Positions 50,211-60,679 of a DNA stretch of 64,000 bases are shown one piece after another (the stretch's first letter is position 1; the number at the start of each line of letters is the position of its first letter). The position numbers were made by a program, and so were the translations under genes. Location: assembly GCA_963792585.1 (NCBI GenBank), contig CAWBWI010000001.1:1856001-1920000 (forward strand). The letters are read 5' to 3'. A model generated the notes under the pieces. The model made no database searches and was not told where the DNA came from. It was given only the letters and a program-made list of their open reading frames with translations. Origin of the DNA: Candidatus Eiseniibacteriota bacterium. GTDB taxonomy: Bacteria > Eisenbacteria > RBG-16-71-46 > CAIMUX01 > VGJL01.

Positions 50211-51495
50211 GGTGATGTATCTGTTCTTGTGTCAGGCAGAAAGAAGGGGTAGCTCCCATGTGGGTCTAGAGGGACCACAGAAAGGAGTTACCCCATGTCG
50301 CCGTTTGCGACGGTCAAGAGTGTGCGTCAGGCGGGCAGACTGATCAAGAGGCTGATGAACCATCACCCCGAGGGCTGGGGAGACTTGAAGGAGGCGGGTC
50401 GGGAGGGTCTCCGGCGCTGTCTCGAGGAGGAGATGGACCACCGGGTGCGCTCCTGGCTCGAGGACTCCCTCGGTCGTGGAGAGCAGGATCGCCGGAACGG
50501 ATCCTATCGCAGGCACTTGCTGACGGCCTTGGGTGACATCGAGGTCTCGATCCCCCGGACACGGCACTACAGTCCGGTCTCCGTGGCCCAAGCCTATGCG
50601 CGACGCAGTGGAGACGTCGACCGAGCCATCCTGGCCTGCTTCGTCCTGGGTCTGTCCACACGGAAGGTCGCGGAGGCGTTGCTGCCGATCCTGGGCGAGC
50701 GGGTCAGCGCCTCGACAGTCAGTCGGGTCTCACGAGTTCTCGACGCGGAGGTCGAGGCGTTTCATCGCCGGCCATTGAAGAACCGGTACCGAGTGCTGCA
50801 GTTCGACGGAGTGGTGCTCTCGCGCAAGACGGGCGTGGGAGCCAGCAAACGCCCGGTTCTCGTGGCTTTGGGGATCCAGCCGGACGGGAGGAAGGAGATC
50901 ATCGACTTTCTGCTGGCGAGCTCTGAGGGCCAGGACTCATGGGAAGGCCTTCTGAACGATCTCTACCGACGGGGGCTGACGGGGAAGGGAGTGGATCTGA
51001 TCACGATCGATGGGTGTGGGGGGCTGCGAGCCGCTCTGCGGGTCGTCTATCCACGGATCCCCGTTCAACGCTGCTGGGCGCATAAGGTCCGCAACATCCT
51101 GGACAAGGTGCGGGTCGGAGACTGGGAAGCGGTGAAGCGGGATCTGAGGAAGATCTACGGGGCGAAGAACCGGATGCGGGCAATCCAGGCAGCCATCCGC
51201 TTCGGGGACCGGTGGGATGGGCTCTACCACGCGGCCGTGCGATGCCTGATGAAGGACCTCGACGAGTTGCTGAACCACTACGACCTGAAGGAGTCGGAGT
51301 GGCAGCGGATGAGCCGGACGACGAACGCGATCGAGCGTCGATTCCGGGAGGTGCGGCGCCGGACCCGTCCGATGGGGGCATTCAGCGACCGGACGAGCAT
51401 CGAACGGATCCTGTATGCCGTTTTCAACTACGCGAATAAGGGAGAAGGGGCGGCTACCCCGTTTCTGCTCGTGACACAAAACACGTGACGTTACC
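50211..51495 (+). mobile_element. IS256-family element with ~43-bp imperfect TIRs and an 8-bp target duplication GGTCCGAG
   Basis: GGTGATGTATCTGTTCTTGTGTCA...GGGGTAGC versus GCTACCCC...TGACACAAAACACGTGACGTTACC; GGTCCGAG at 50203-50210 and 51496-51503. Confidence 0.92.
50295..51488 (+). CDS. IS256 family transposase
   Basis: RNGSYRR, GLSTRKV, FDG, IDG..GL, QRCWAHK.RN, TTNAIER. Confidence 0.95.
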   Translation: MSPFATVKSVRQAGRLIKRLMNHHPEGWGDLKEAGREGLRRCLEEEMDHRVRSWLEDSLGRGEQDRRNGSYRRHLLTALGDIEVSIPRTRHYSPVSVAQAYARRSGDVDRAILACFVLGLSTRKVAEALLPILGERVSASTVSRVSRVLDAEVEAFHRRPLKNRYRVLQFDGVVLSRKTGVGASKRPVLVALGIQPDGRKEIIDFLLASSEGQDSWEGLLNDLYRRGLTGKGVDLITIDGCGGLRAALRVVYPRIPVQRCWAHKVRNILDKVRVGDWEAVKRDLRKIYGAKNRMRAIQAAIRFGDRWDGLYHAAVRCLMKDLDELLNHYDLKESEWQRMSRTTNAIERRFREVRRRTRPMGAFSDRTSIERILYAVFNYANKGEGAATPFLLVTQNT

Positions 51496-51921
51496 GGTCC
51501 GAGTCACCCACGCTCGTACCCGTCTGCCGGCCGGACCAGATCTCATCTGAACCTCCGCTTGATAGCCCATCCGATAGACCGCCAGCCACGCCCGTCTCAA
51601 GAGGCTCCCAGCTCAAGAGCAGAGGAAAGGACCTGCCCAGGGGATTGATAGCCCTATACTCCTTTGCCCGCAAGCTTGGACTGCAGCAAACGGAGGCGGT
51701 CTCCTCTGTGGGAAGAAGAGAAGCCGCCTCCATGAATCAGCAGTCCGACCTATTGCCATTCCACACTAGCCAGTTTGACACGACCAATTCGCGAATCGTA
51801 GTGTCGTGCCGCCCTTGACAGGGCGATCGACTCCTCTTCCATGAGGACCTCGGACTCCACGTGACAATGCTCCTTCCAGCCGCCTAACCAAAACCAGATG
51901 GCCGCGAGATACCGCTTCTTT

Positions 51922-54900
51922 CTACTTCACACAGACTAGTGGCAGCCGTAATGCCCGCCCATTACCCCCCAACCATAGGAAGTAGACCCCGCCCGCCACG
52001 GCATTTCCTCTCGCATCGGTTCCATCCCAGATTGCAGATCCGACGGTCCCGATGTCTTCCAACACACCAAGATCCCTCACCAGTACTCCACCTGCGGAGT
52101 AGATTCGCCCCCGAACTTCCCCACCCGGATCGCCGCGTAGCCGTATGTTGACTCGCTCCGAAAACGGGTTTGGCCACGCCATCCCTACGAGGTTCCCGAA
52201 GCCACTCGTATCAGACTCGCTCGCCTGAGAAGGGTTGCTCGAGATGAATTTCGCCACATACCAGGCACCCGGCGCAAGCGTGCAACTCAAAGGTTCTCCT
52301 TCTACTGGCAGGGCCATGGACGCGCCGCTAACCGACGAGTCAACACCCTCGAATGACCACTCCGAAGGTACATGCAGGTCTCCCCATGGAACCTCCACGG
52401 TCTCTTGTTGATCGTGCCCCAGATTGGCAAACACCACCCACGTCCCGCCCTCACCGTTACGAAGCCACGGCCCGGCTGCATATATTACAGGAGACAACTG
52501 GCACTCAGGAACGTAGACGTTCGCAGGGCCGAACCTAACGTAATATGGTGCAATCCTGTTAAGCCAACCTCGTACGGCCTCTATAGTATCGACAAGCCCT
52601 GATCCAAGCCTCGTCCACAGTTCAGCATGGTGATTGCGCATGTCCCACTCGCTGCCAAACCCGCCGCAGTCGCTACAGTCCGTGTCCGCACCACCGTGAA
52701 AGCGCACGAAGAGGTGTACGCTATTTACACCCATTAGCAATGCCGCAAGCGCCTGCGCTCCCACGCCATCAGGGTCGGCCCTTAGGTACTGCCCCTCTTC
52801 TAGGTATGCCCCCTGGATATGTACTTCCAACGGAACATCCTGTCGCACATTCCGTTTCATCTCCTCGATGCGCGTAACAAGTTCGCACAGTGCCGTTATT
52901 GATTGCTCCCAGCCGCGCTCGACATACTGCTCCTCAACAGCAACTTCGAGCAAGTCTCGCACCTCACGTCCCCACTTCAAATTCGGTTCTGAGTTGATCG
53001 TGAGCGGCTTGCGGGTATTGTTCGCCCGAAACCGATAGGCGGCTTCGTACAGATCATCAAGGTCTACCCCTGAGTCGAGCGGCTCGCTTCCCAGGCCAAG
53101 GGTTAGCAGCCCAGGCAAATCGACCGATTCGGCCGCCTCTTCCACGCAACCATAGTCCGGAACAAGCGCTCCGTCGAAAAGCCACGCGCAGCCAAGCAAT
53201 GCTTCCGAGTACATTCCAGATGCAAATGCCACTGGGCTGAGCATCGCTGGAGACCCCACCATCTTGAATCCGAGAGCCGCCACCTCTCGTATCCTGTCCC
53301 CGCACTCCTCGCACGAGGCGCTCCAGCAACATCCAGCTGGCCCGTCCATCCCGAAGAACTGCTGTGGCAAGCCTGGGACTATTAAGTTAGTTGGACGGAG
53401 CTTCCGATACTCCCCAAGGCCGTCTGGCCGCTGGAGCAAGTAAAACAGCATGTTCCCATTCAGGATGGACTGTTGTGACCATGGCCCGGCCTCTAGGCGG
53501 TGCATTCTACGCGTGGTGGTAGTTGCAGGCTCCACGGAGCTCGCAACTTGGTCAAGCGGTGAGTCGTAGACTTCACAGATGTCAGCCTGGTTCGTATAGC
53601 AAGCACTCAGACTCTGGAAATACACGTCGGCCCGGGGCAATACTCGCCAATCGACCCTTAACTGTGGATCGCCGTGCATCATTCTCGGACTCTGGGGAAA
53701 CGCAAAAGGTACATATAGCCGGGTCTCGCCCATCCACGTTACGTACGGAGGAAGACTATCGCCCAGTGCCAACGATATTCCTAGGCCGGACGCGTCGTCC
53801 GATGTCTCCAATTCGAAAGACCAAGCCCTTCCTGAAAGACCATCCGTATCCTCCTCAATCTCGAGTCTTCCGATGGCATCCGTCAGGAATGAGTGCTCTT
53901 CACCTCTTGGATCGCGCAGGATTACTCGGACTTGCGGGTGGACCCGATAGCTGTATTGGCCGACCTCATTCCACTCACTTCGTCCGCATTCAATGCTCAG
54001 TCTGATTGTTGCTAGCTTGCTAGGCACGAAGAAGGTGTAGGTCGGCGTCCTGGCAGTTCCCTGCCCGAAAGCGCATTTGCTCCAGGACAGACTAGAGTTT
54101 GGTCCAATGACTACACCGGGCGCATCACTTCTGACATCGAGATCCTCATATGGATTCATAACGCGGACATGGAGGATCTCTCCGGTGGCGCCCCCGTTGA
54201 CGGAAAGCACCTGCTCCTGGCCTTCAATCAAGGTTATGAAGTCCTTCGTGGGGTCTGACTCCCTCCGGACTTCTATCCTCGTCGCGCTCGTATTGGCATC
54301 ATCGCAATTCGCGGGATCTCTAAGCCACACTGTCTTTGTCGACCCCGGCTTAACAAAGAAGCTAAACGAGTGTCTACCTACAAGTATTAGACTACCTGCA
54401 CCGCACGCGCAGTTTGTTTCCGATCCGGCCACTTGTCCACCGTAGTCGGTTCCATGTGGGGCGTAGAAGGTGGTGCCGTTGTCCGTATGGAACAGTTCCT
54501 GCGGTGCGAATTCTGCGTGGACAGGCTTTGCTGGATCTGGATTGAATGCGTGGGCAGGATACCACCACTGATCTGATCCTTCACTTCGGAATCCAACACG
54601 GAGCAACCCGTAACTATAGCGATGGTATATGTCAACCTGCGGTTGGATCTCCAGAGTCCACACCGCTCCCCGCCAGGCTGGGGATATGTTTGATTGTTCG
54701 TACTGCCTGCCGAGGGCCCAGCGATCCCAAATCCTTTGACCATCCGGAGCATGCAGGATGACATCTCCGTAGGGTGACCCAGTCGCGCAGTCGATCTGAA
54801 GATCTTTCGCCATATTGGGAACCCAGAACCGGAAGAATATCGGAACGGGGAGTTCCTGCTCCAGGCCAATTAGGTTTCCATTGTGCTGTTCGCCGTCCTC

Positions 54901-55881
54901 AACGCCCACCTGCTGCGGACGAAAGTGGAAGTATCCTGCACCCGATACCGAGGCAATGACGACCTTGGCCATCCCGCTGCCTTGTTGGACAACCAAAGGC
55001 CCGATCACAGTCCCGTCAGGGATAAGTGTAAGGATTTCATGGTAGATCTGATCATTCGTACGAGCACAGACTACAGTGACATCCACCACTGGAGTCCCTG
55101 CGACCGCAGCAAGCCGAAAGGACACGGCATTGTCGGCCCCTGGATCAAGATGAGCAATAGTCGGATGGGACGGATCCACGTAATGGAGGTGGTCAAAATC
55201 GGGAGGATCGACAAGGTCCAATGACTCGAACTGCATCGGCCCGTCCGGTATCTCATAGGAGGGGCAGGCGTTGGCGCCTTCGGCATACCATCGGATAAGT
55301 CCAAAGCGAGTGATAGGGTCCTCGGTGGGTGGTTGGCCTGCATCGACGCAAATGGCCTGGCCGGTTGTGGGATTCGGACATGTTCCCATTCGTGACCCTT
55401 CGGTGCCGTATACCGCGAACCAATAGAATGGGAATAAGTGCCCTGTCTTTGTAACAGTTCCAAAAGAAACTGTGTTGCCGAAGGCTGTTTCCGGCCACCC
55501 CGCATCTGGCAACTCGAGCTCTCCGCATTTGCCGTATCGTTCGAAGTAGCCCTCCCCAGGCGGCAGGTTGTGATCGATCCCGAACTGGATCGTCGTGACG
55601 GCCGGCGAGGACGTGTCCGGAAACGCCGCGAGCAGCCAGATCACCGCAGGTGTGTCCTCGTCCTTGTCCGTCCTCGTGACCGCCGCCTCGCAAGAAGCGG
55701 GTAAGAAGCTGGTGGCGCAGTAGTCGTCAGTTCCAGTGTAGGTCACAGCGTCGTCCGTATGGACGATCAGAGCACCGTTGGCGTTTCGGCCGGCAATCGC
55801 GAGCTGCGTGCTCATCACCGTCAAGAACACGATCGGAACCAGGATTCTCCACGGGTTCGGGCAGAGCGGTCTGGATCTCAT
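51922..55881 (-). CDS. Large secreted hypothetical protein with a FlgD-like C-terminal domain
   Basis: Signal peptide then a GRNANGALIVHTDD N-domain; C-terminal WPNPF...WDGTDARG..VAGGVYF; GGGAGG RBS. Confidence 0.8.
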   Translation of the reverse strand: MRSRPLCPNPWRILVPIVFLTVMSTQLAIAGRNANGALIVHTDDAVTYTGTDDYCATSFLPASCEAAVTRTDKDEDTPAVIWLLAAFPDTSSPAVTTIQFGIDHNLPPGEGYFERYGKCGELELPDAGWPETAFGNTVSFGTVTKTGHLFPFYWFAVYGTEGSRMGTCPNPTTGQAICVDAGQPPTEDPITRFGLIRWYAEGANACPSYEIPDGPMQFESLDLVDPPDFDHLHYVDPSHPTIAHLDPGADNAVSFRLAAVAGTPVVDVTVVCARTNDQIYHEILTLIPDGTVIGPLVVQQGSGMAKVVIASVSGAGYFHFRPQQVGVEDGEQHNGNLIGLEQELPVPIFFRFWVPNMAKDLQIDCATGSPYGDVILHAPDGQRIWDRWALGRQYEQSNISPAWRGAVWTLEIQPQVDIYHRYSYGLLRVGFRSEGSDQWWYPAHAFNPDPAKPVHAEFAPQELFHTDNGTTFYAPHGTDYGGQVAGSETNCACGAGSLILVGRHSFSFFVKPGSTKTVWLRDPANCDDANTSATRIEVRRESDPTKDFITLIEGQEQVLSVNGGATGEILHVRVMNPYEDLDVRSDAPGVVIGPNSSLSWSKCAFGQGTARTPTYTFFVPSKLATIRLSIECGRSEWNEVGQYSYRVHPQVRVILRDPRGEEHSFLTDAIGRLEIEEDTDGLSGRAWSFELETSDDASGLGISLALGDSLPPYVTWMGETRLYVPFAFPQSPRMMHGDPQLRVDWRVLPRADVYFQSLSACYTNQADICEVYDSPLDQVASSVEPATTTTRRMHRLEAGPWSQQSILNGNMLFYLLQRPDGLGEYRKLRPTNLIVPGLPQQFFGMDGPAGCCWSASCEECGDRIREVAALGFKMVGSPAMLSPVAFASGMYSEALLGCAWLFDGALVPDYGCVEEAAESVDLPGLLTLGLGSEPLDSGVDLDDLYEAAYRFRANNTRKPLTINSEPNLKWGREVRDLLEVAVEEQYVERGWEQSITALCELVTRIEEMKRNVRQDVPLEVHIQGAYLEEGQYLRADPDGVGAQALAALLMGVNSVHLFVRFHGGADTDCSDCGGFGSEWDMRNHHAELWTRLGSGLVDTIEAVRGWLNRIAPYYVRFGPANVYVPECQLSPVIYAAGPWLRNGEGGTWVVFANLGHDQQETVEVPWGDLHVPSEWSFEGVDSSVSGASMALPVEGEPLSCTLAPGAWYVAKFISSNPSQASESDTSGFGNLVGMAWPNPFSERVNIRLRGDPGGEVRGRIYSAGGVLVRDLGVLEDIGTVGSAIWDGTDARGNAVAGGVYFLWLGGNGRALRLPLVCVK

Positions 55882-56409
55882 GGCGGGCGGCCTCCCTTCA
55901 ATCGATGGCATGATCAATACCGGGGGCGTCCCCGGGATCACAAGAGCGTGGGTCGAGTGCATTGGGACAGGCTTTCTGGCGTGTGGTGAAGCAGGGTGCG
56001 GAGCCATTCGGTGGCGAAAGCGATTAGAGATGCATTGCGGGCGATCCTGGGCACCGTCACCGGCCGCCGGAGATACAAATGCCCCTCGGTCCTCTCGGAC
56101 GAGGGGCGCATCTCGCGGCATGGGCCCGTTCGTGGCATTCATGGCGACTCCAGAACTTCAACCCCGGTGTCGTTCGAGCACATTAGTCGTCGCGAATTGA
56201 GCGGCGATCGTGTCTGGAGGACTCGCATCAAGGATAGGTCCATCCGGCGGGGTTGGCCAACCGCTTCTAGGAATGCGAGTGATGCGCGGATCTTATGGGG
56301 ATAGGGCAGCAGGGAACGATGGAATCGTTGGATGCGGGCGTGCGGGAGGAGGGTGTTCGGCTTACCACACGCAATCGTTTAGCGAGCGCACGCCCAAGCC
56401 GTACCTGCC

Positions 56410-56636
56410 TTCTCCAGAATCTCCAGCACGGCACGCCTGTTCTCCTTCCCCGCGACGCCGCTCAGGATCGTCTGCAGCGCCCTGAGGGTGTGCCCGTGCT
56501 TCCCAATGATCTTGCCACTCCAGTCCTCGCCGATTCGCGGCTTTCAGACGCTCATCGCATTCCCGACCACCTCATTTGCCTGGACCATGCCGGGTTGTTC
56601 ACGAGGCGCTTGGCGAGGAACGCGATGAAGGCTTTG
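56410..56636 (-). pseudogene. khpA: KhpA (UPF0109/YlqC) KH-domain RNA-binding protein pseudogene
   Basis: KAFIAFLAKRLVNNP / frameshift / VQANEVVGNAMSV*KPRIGEDWSGKIIGKHGHTLRALQTILSGVAGKENRRAVLEILE. Confidence 0.8.
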
Positions 56637-56641
56637 TGACT

Positions 56642-58390
56642 CTACTTCGCAATCACCGCCCTCCCCATCGCCGTTCCCTGCCCCGCAACAATTCGCGCGA
56701 AGTACACCCCCGTCGGCATATCCCGCCCGTTGTCATCCCGGCCGTCCCAGGGCGTCGAGAACGCACCCGCTGGGCGATGGCCCTCGGCGAGTCTCCGCAC
56801 CAGGCTACCCGCAGCATTGAACACTTCGATGGTCACGGCGGTGGGCTTGGGCAGGCTGTACCGAATCATGACCTGTCCCGTGCTGGGGTTCGGGGAGGCG
56901 GTGAGGTTCAGCGAGGTGACCTGTGATGCATCGTCAACCGCCGACACGCACGGGTTCGGCTCGCACAGCGTCCCGTTGCCCATGTAGACGCCGCCGTAGC
57001 CGGTGCACTCAGACTCTTTGCAGCGCAGGCAGTACGCTGATAGGCAGCACGCCCCAGTCAGACTCAGCGCGAGGCTATGATACCCACCGGCCGCAATCCG
57101 ACTGGCGTTGTGCGGCGGTTCGGGGACGTCACACTGACCATATTCGTTCCACCCCCAGGCAACGATTGATCCATCGGACTTAAGGCCAAGGCTGCTCGCC
57201 CCACCCCCAGCAACCGCAACAAAGTCCTCGTTCGGAGCGGGGACATCGCACTGGCCAGCCCAGTTCAGGCCCCAGGCGATGATCGTCCGGTCCGACTTGA
57301 GGCCGAGGCTGTGCCACTGACCGGACGCAATCGCCACGTAGTCCGAGTTGGGAGCGGGTACGTCGCACTGCCCGTAGTTGTTCAATCCCCAGGCCACCAC
57401 TGTCCCACTCGACTTCAGCCCTAAGCTATGCGCGACACCAGCTGAGACCGCTACGAACTCGTTGTTCGGATCGGGGACGTCGCATTGACCGTCGTCGTCC
57501 AGACCCCAGGCAACGACCGTGCCCCCGAGCCTGAGGCCGAGGCTATGATCCCTACCACCGGTGATCGCAATGAAGTTCGCATTCGGCGAGGGAATGTCAC
57601 ACTGACCGCTGCTGTTCTGTCCCCAGGCTACGACCGCTCCGTCTGCCCGAAGTGCCAGGCTGTGCCAGAGCCCGGCCGCAACAGCCAGGTATTGGCCGAT
57701 TGGGTCCGGAACGTCGCACTCGCCGTAATCGTTCCGTCCCCACGTAACCACCGTTCCATCGGACCTGAGCCCTAGACTGTGATCCCCACCTCCGGCGATC
57801 TCAACGAAGTCGGCGTTAGGTGGGGGCACATTGCACTGGTTGAACTCGTTGTATCCCCACGCCACGATCGATCCCTCACCGCCAGAAGGGACAGCCGGCA
57901 TCCAACGGATCGGAATGACGATTGTCCGAATGTCGTTGCACGGAGTCCGCTGTTGGTACTCCAGCCGTATGGCCGTGAAATCTGTCGGGACATGGCCCTG
58001 CCATCCACCATCCTGGATCCTGGCGTTCTGGTCCCCACCGCCCGGCCCAACAACGTGCCCGATGGCTACGGCTCCAGGCTCGAACCACGCGGTCAGATCA
58101 TAGGCGCAGTTGGAATCGGGTTCGGTGTCCTGCAAGTCGCAGAACTGATCGTTGTCCATGCTGATGAAGCCGAAGTAGTAGATGCTACCTCCGCCTTCGG
58201 GCCCAACTAAGTTCGGGAGGCTGCAGGCCAGGGTATCGTCCGTGGCCTCGTCGAAGCATCCAACGGGGGCGCTGTCCCACCCGTAGCACGCGATGCGGAT
58301 GGTGGATGCTTCGGAAGGCGCGGGGAAGGCTCCAGTCACAAGGATGACGGTCACCAGCAGAGCGATCCTCACGGCCAAGCGCCCGCTCAT
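56642..58390 (-). CDS. RCC1-repeat secreted protein with one Cys-rich repeat and a FlgD-like tail
   Basis: About 7 RCC1 repeats; TGACCLSAYC...CEPNPC; SPNPSTG...WDGRDDNG..PTGVYF; ATGA overlap with the upstream gene. Confidence 0.88.
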   Translation of the reverse strand: MSGRLAVRIALLVTVILVTGAFPAPSEASTIRIACYGWDSAPVGCFDEATDDTLACSLPNLVGPEGGGSIYYFGFISMDNDQFCDLQDTEPDSNCAYDLTAWFEPGAVAIGHVVGPGGGDQNARIQDGGWQGHVPTDFTAIRLEYQQRTPCNDIRTIVIPIRWMPAVPSGGEGSIVAWGYNEFNQCNVPPPNADFVEIAGGGDHSLGLRSDGTVVTWGRNDYGECDVPDPIGQYLAVAAGLWHSLALRADGAVVAWGQNSSGQCDIPSPNANFIAITGGRDHSLGLRLGGTVVAWGLDDDGQCDVPDPNNEFVAVSAGVAHSLGLKSSGTVVAWGLNNYGQCDVPAPNSDYVAIASGQWHSLGLKSDRTIIAWGLNWAGQCDVPAPNEDFVAVAGGGASSLGLKSDGSIVAWGWNEYGQCDVPEPPHNASRIAAGGYHSLALSLTGACCLSAYCLRCKESECTGYGGVYMGNGTLCEPNPCVSAVDDASQVTSLNLTASPNPSTGQVMIRYSLPKPTAVTIEVFNAAGSLVRRLAEGHRPAGAFSTPWDGRDDNGRDMPTGVYFARIVAGQGTAMGRAVIAK

Positions 58391-59157
58391 CGCGCCAGCA
58401 CCACCCGCCCGGTCGTCGTGCCCTCGCTCGTCGCCACGTGCGTGAAGTACACGCCTGCCGGAAGCTCGCGGCCTGCGTCGTCCTTGCCATCCCACCTCAG
58501 GGAGTACTCCCCCGCTGGATGAGGGCCGTCGAGTAGGCGGCGGACGATGCGGCCGGAGGAGTCGATGATGTCGACGGAGACGGGACCATCGACATCGAGG
58601 CGGCAGGAAACCCGGCAGGGTCCGGCCGTCGGATTCGGTGCCACGCTTGTCGCAGATGGGGAATGCCTGTCCTCAGACTCAACATCAGAGAGCGGATTGA
58701 GCCGCTCCGCCCATTCTAGCCGCTGCCCACCATTGCCGTCGTACCCCCATACCTGACCGTCATCGTAGGCGACGAAATAGTAATGCGAGTTATTCCATCG
58801 GCCGAAGGCAGTTGCCTGGGCACCGTCGCGGGACGCATCCATAGCCAAACTGAACCCACTCCCCATGTTTGACACCCAGATTTGGCCATCCTCGTAGAGG
58901 ATGTATAGGGTCGTGGCACCATCCGAGCAGAACCCTTTGATCCGGACATTACGGTTGATCTGGCTAAGGTGACCTATGGAGCCATGCCCTTTCCAAACCT
59001 GGCCGTCTTCATAGGCAAAAACAGGATCCCCATCCCAAAGCTGGCACGAATACAGCTGACTTGGAAACAGCATCGCGTCAACCCGTAGCAACTCATTGGT
59101 TGCAAGAGCCGGCGAAGCCGCCAGGACCAAGTAGATGGTAAGTAGTACGGCTCTCAA
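58387..59157 (-). CDS. Secreted protein with a FlgD-like tail
   Basis: TTG start after GGAGGAGG; three Y[ED]DGQ[VI]W repeats; APNP...WDGKDDAG..PAGVYF. Confidence 0.8.
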   Translation of the reverse strand: MRAVLLTIYLVLAASPALATNELLRVDAMLFPSQLYSCQLWDGDPVFAYEDGQVWKGHGSIGHLSQINRNVRIKGFCSDGATTLYILYEDGQIWVSNMGSGFSLAMDASRDGAQATAFGRWNNSHYYFVAYDDGQVWGYDGNGGQRLEWAERLNPLSDVESEDRHSPSATSVAPNPTAGPCRVSCRLDVDGPVSVDIIDSSGRIVRRLLDGPHPAGEYSLRWDGKDDAGRELPAGVYFTHVATSEGTTTGRVVLAR

Positions 59158-59188
59158 CGTAGGTTCCTCCTCCTGATTGGTGCGATCC

Positions 59189-59962
59189 TCACCGAACGAC
59201 AACCATCCGCTTCGACTCTTCGCGCCCGTCAACGGTGAGCTGGTAGAAGTAGCTTCCCGAAGTTACCGCTTGGCCGTTGTCATCCTTGACATCCCAGGGG
59301 ATCGAGTACCCGCCGCCTGCAAGGATCCCGTCCGCAAGGAGGCTTACGAGGCGACCGGACACATCATAGATGGCAAGCTGAACGCGGGAGCGACCAGGTA
59401 GCTCGAATGAGATCGACACAGATCCGGCGGTCGGATTCGGACGGCTCTCCGACAGAGCCTGGGGCAATAACGGGGCATCCTGGTTGCCAACCGCCGCAGT
59501 GCCGATCCACCCAATCACAACGGTCCTTGGAAAGCCGCTCCCAATGGCCTGGACTGGCACAAGCACGTCCAGAAAGTGATCGGCATCCACGTCATAGAGA
59601 GTCGGTGGGGCTTCGATGGCCCTCCCGTCGCAGTCAGCGGCTTGCATAGGGCAAGCACCAGAAAGCGCAATGTCGAACCACTGGGTCTCGCCACTTAGGA
59701 GCCGAGTAATCCCGATTCTGTGGTAGACAGGGGACTGATAGCCCTCATAGTTGCCAAACACCAGGGCCTCTGGAGCACCATCGCCGTCCAAGTCGGCAAT
59801 CCAATTGGGCGCCTGGTTTGAAATGACTGGACCACCGCCTGCCGGAGCGAAAACGTGTCCGTCGATGAAGTACTTCACCACGAACTCCGCTCTGACGACA
59901 CTCGTTGGCAGCAGGCACAGCAACAGAAGCATCGCGGTTCTCACAGTAAGCCTCCCCTTCAT
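59189..59962 (-). CDS. Secreted FG-GAP/VCBS-motif protein with a FlgD-like tail
   Basis: ADLDGDGAPE, DVDADHFLD; RPNP...IYDVSGRLV...SGSYFYQL; upstream TGGTACACT extended -10 (59990-59998). Confidence 0.8.
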   Translation of the reverse strand: MKGRLTVRTAMLLLLCLLPTSVVRAEFVVKYFIDGHVFAPAGGGPVISNQAPNWIADLDGDGAPEALVFGNYEGYQSPVYHRIGITRLLSGETQWFDIALSGACPMQAADCDGRAIEAPPTLYDVDADHFLDVLVPVQAIGSGFPRTVVIGWIGTAAVGNQDAPLLPQALSESRPNPTAGSVSISFELPGRSRVQLAIYDVSGRLVSLLADGILAGGGYSIPWDVKDDNGQAVTSGSYFYQLTVDGREESKRMVVVR

Positions 59963-60163
59963 CGAATCCGCGTGATCGAAGGCGCATCGAGTGTACCACG
60001 GGCGCGGGCAGGGCGGGAGAGCCTGATTCAGCGAGGCAACCTGCCCCTGCCCACGCGAGGCGAGGATGGCACGGGGCGTATGACAACCGTTGACGTAGGG
60101 GTGGACGCCTACTCTTCTCGAAAACCTATCCGAGGATGACGAACAAGGGACCGAATGTGGCTA

Positions 60164-60358
60164 TCACGGCACCTCCGGGCGCATTGGGAGCGCTACAAGT
60201 GTCCCGGCAAAGGTGGCAAGGGCCGCCTTCCTGGGGCCGTCAGATCGGGTCACGGCGGGGACTGGCTCCCTCTCTGTTTCGTCAACGTGGATGATCTGAA
60301 CGTGCCCATCGGGGAGCATCTGGACCCGCGCTACTACGCACCATCTGCTGTCGTTCAT
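60164..60358 (-). CDS. Small hypothetical protein
   Basis: 64 aa, GGAGG RBS; no motif recognised. Confidence 0.35.
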   Translation of the reverse strand: MNDSRWCVVARVQMLPDGHVQIIHVDETEREPVPAVTRSDGPRKAALATFAGTLVALPMRPEVP

Positions 60359-60517
60359 GCCGCCCTCCGTTTGCTCATCTGTGTGCGGTTCCTCGAGCTA
60401 AGCGATCCGCGTCTCGAGATCGGCCGACTCGCGGACGCTCAGGAGCGCATCGACCCAACGCCTCGCCACCGGTGCCTTGCCCTCTTTGTGGACGTCGCAG
60501 CCCCTGGTCTCGATAGT

Positions 60518-60679
60518 TCACTTCTTCTTCGTGGAGACCGCGAAGCTCGTGATCTTCTGCCGTACCTTGGAGGACTTGCACTCCGGACACTTGATCTTGG
60601 CTGTGTCGTGCTTGAGCATCCCCATCGTTATCGTGAAGCTCTTCCCGCAAGCCTCGCACTTGTAGGCATACTCGGACAC
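60518..60679 (-). CDS. FmdB-family zinc-ribbon protein (53 aa, absent from the ORF track)
   Basis: GTG start after GGAGG: MSEYAYKCEACGKSFTITMGMLKHDTAKIKCPECKSSKVRQKITSFAVSTKKK; TGCTATGAT extended -10 at 60734-60742. Confidence 0.85.
   Translation of the reverse strand: MSEYAYKCEACGKSFTITMGMLKHDTAKIKCPECKSSKVRQKITSFAVSTKKK

Noticed and set aside
50075..51733. A gene interrupted by IS256
   Set aside because: The rejoined flanks give only a short ORF with no recognisable motif.
27339..58390. Diversity-generating retroelement acting on the RCC1 paralogues
   Set aside because: There is no reverse transcriptase, and I saw no template/variable repeat pair with adenine-specific differences.
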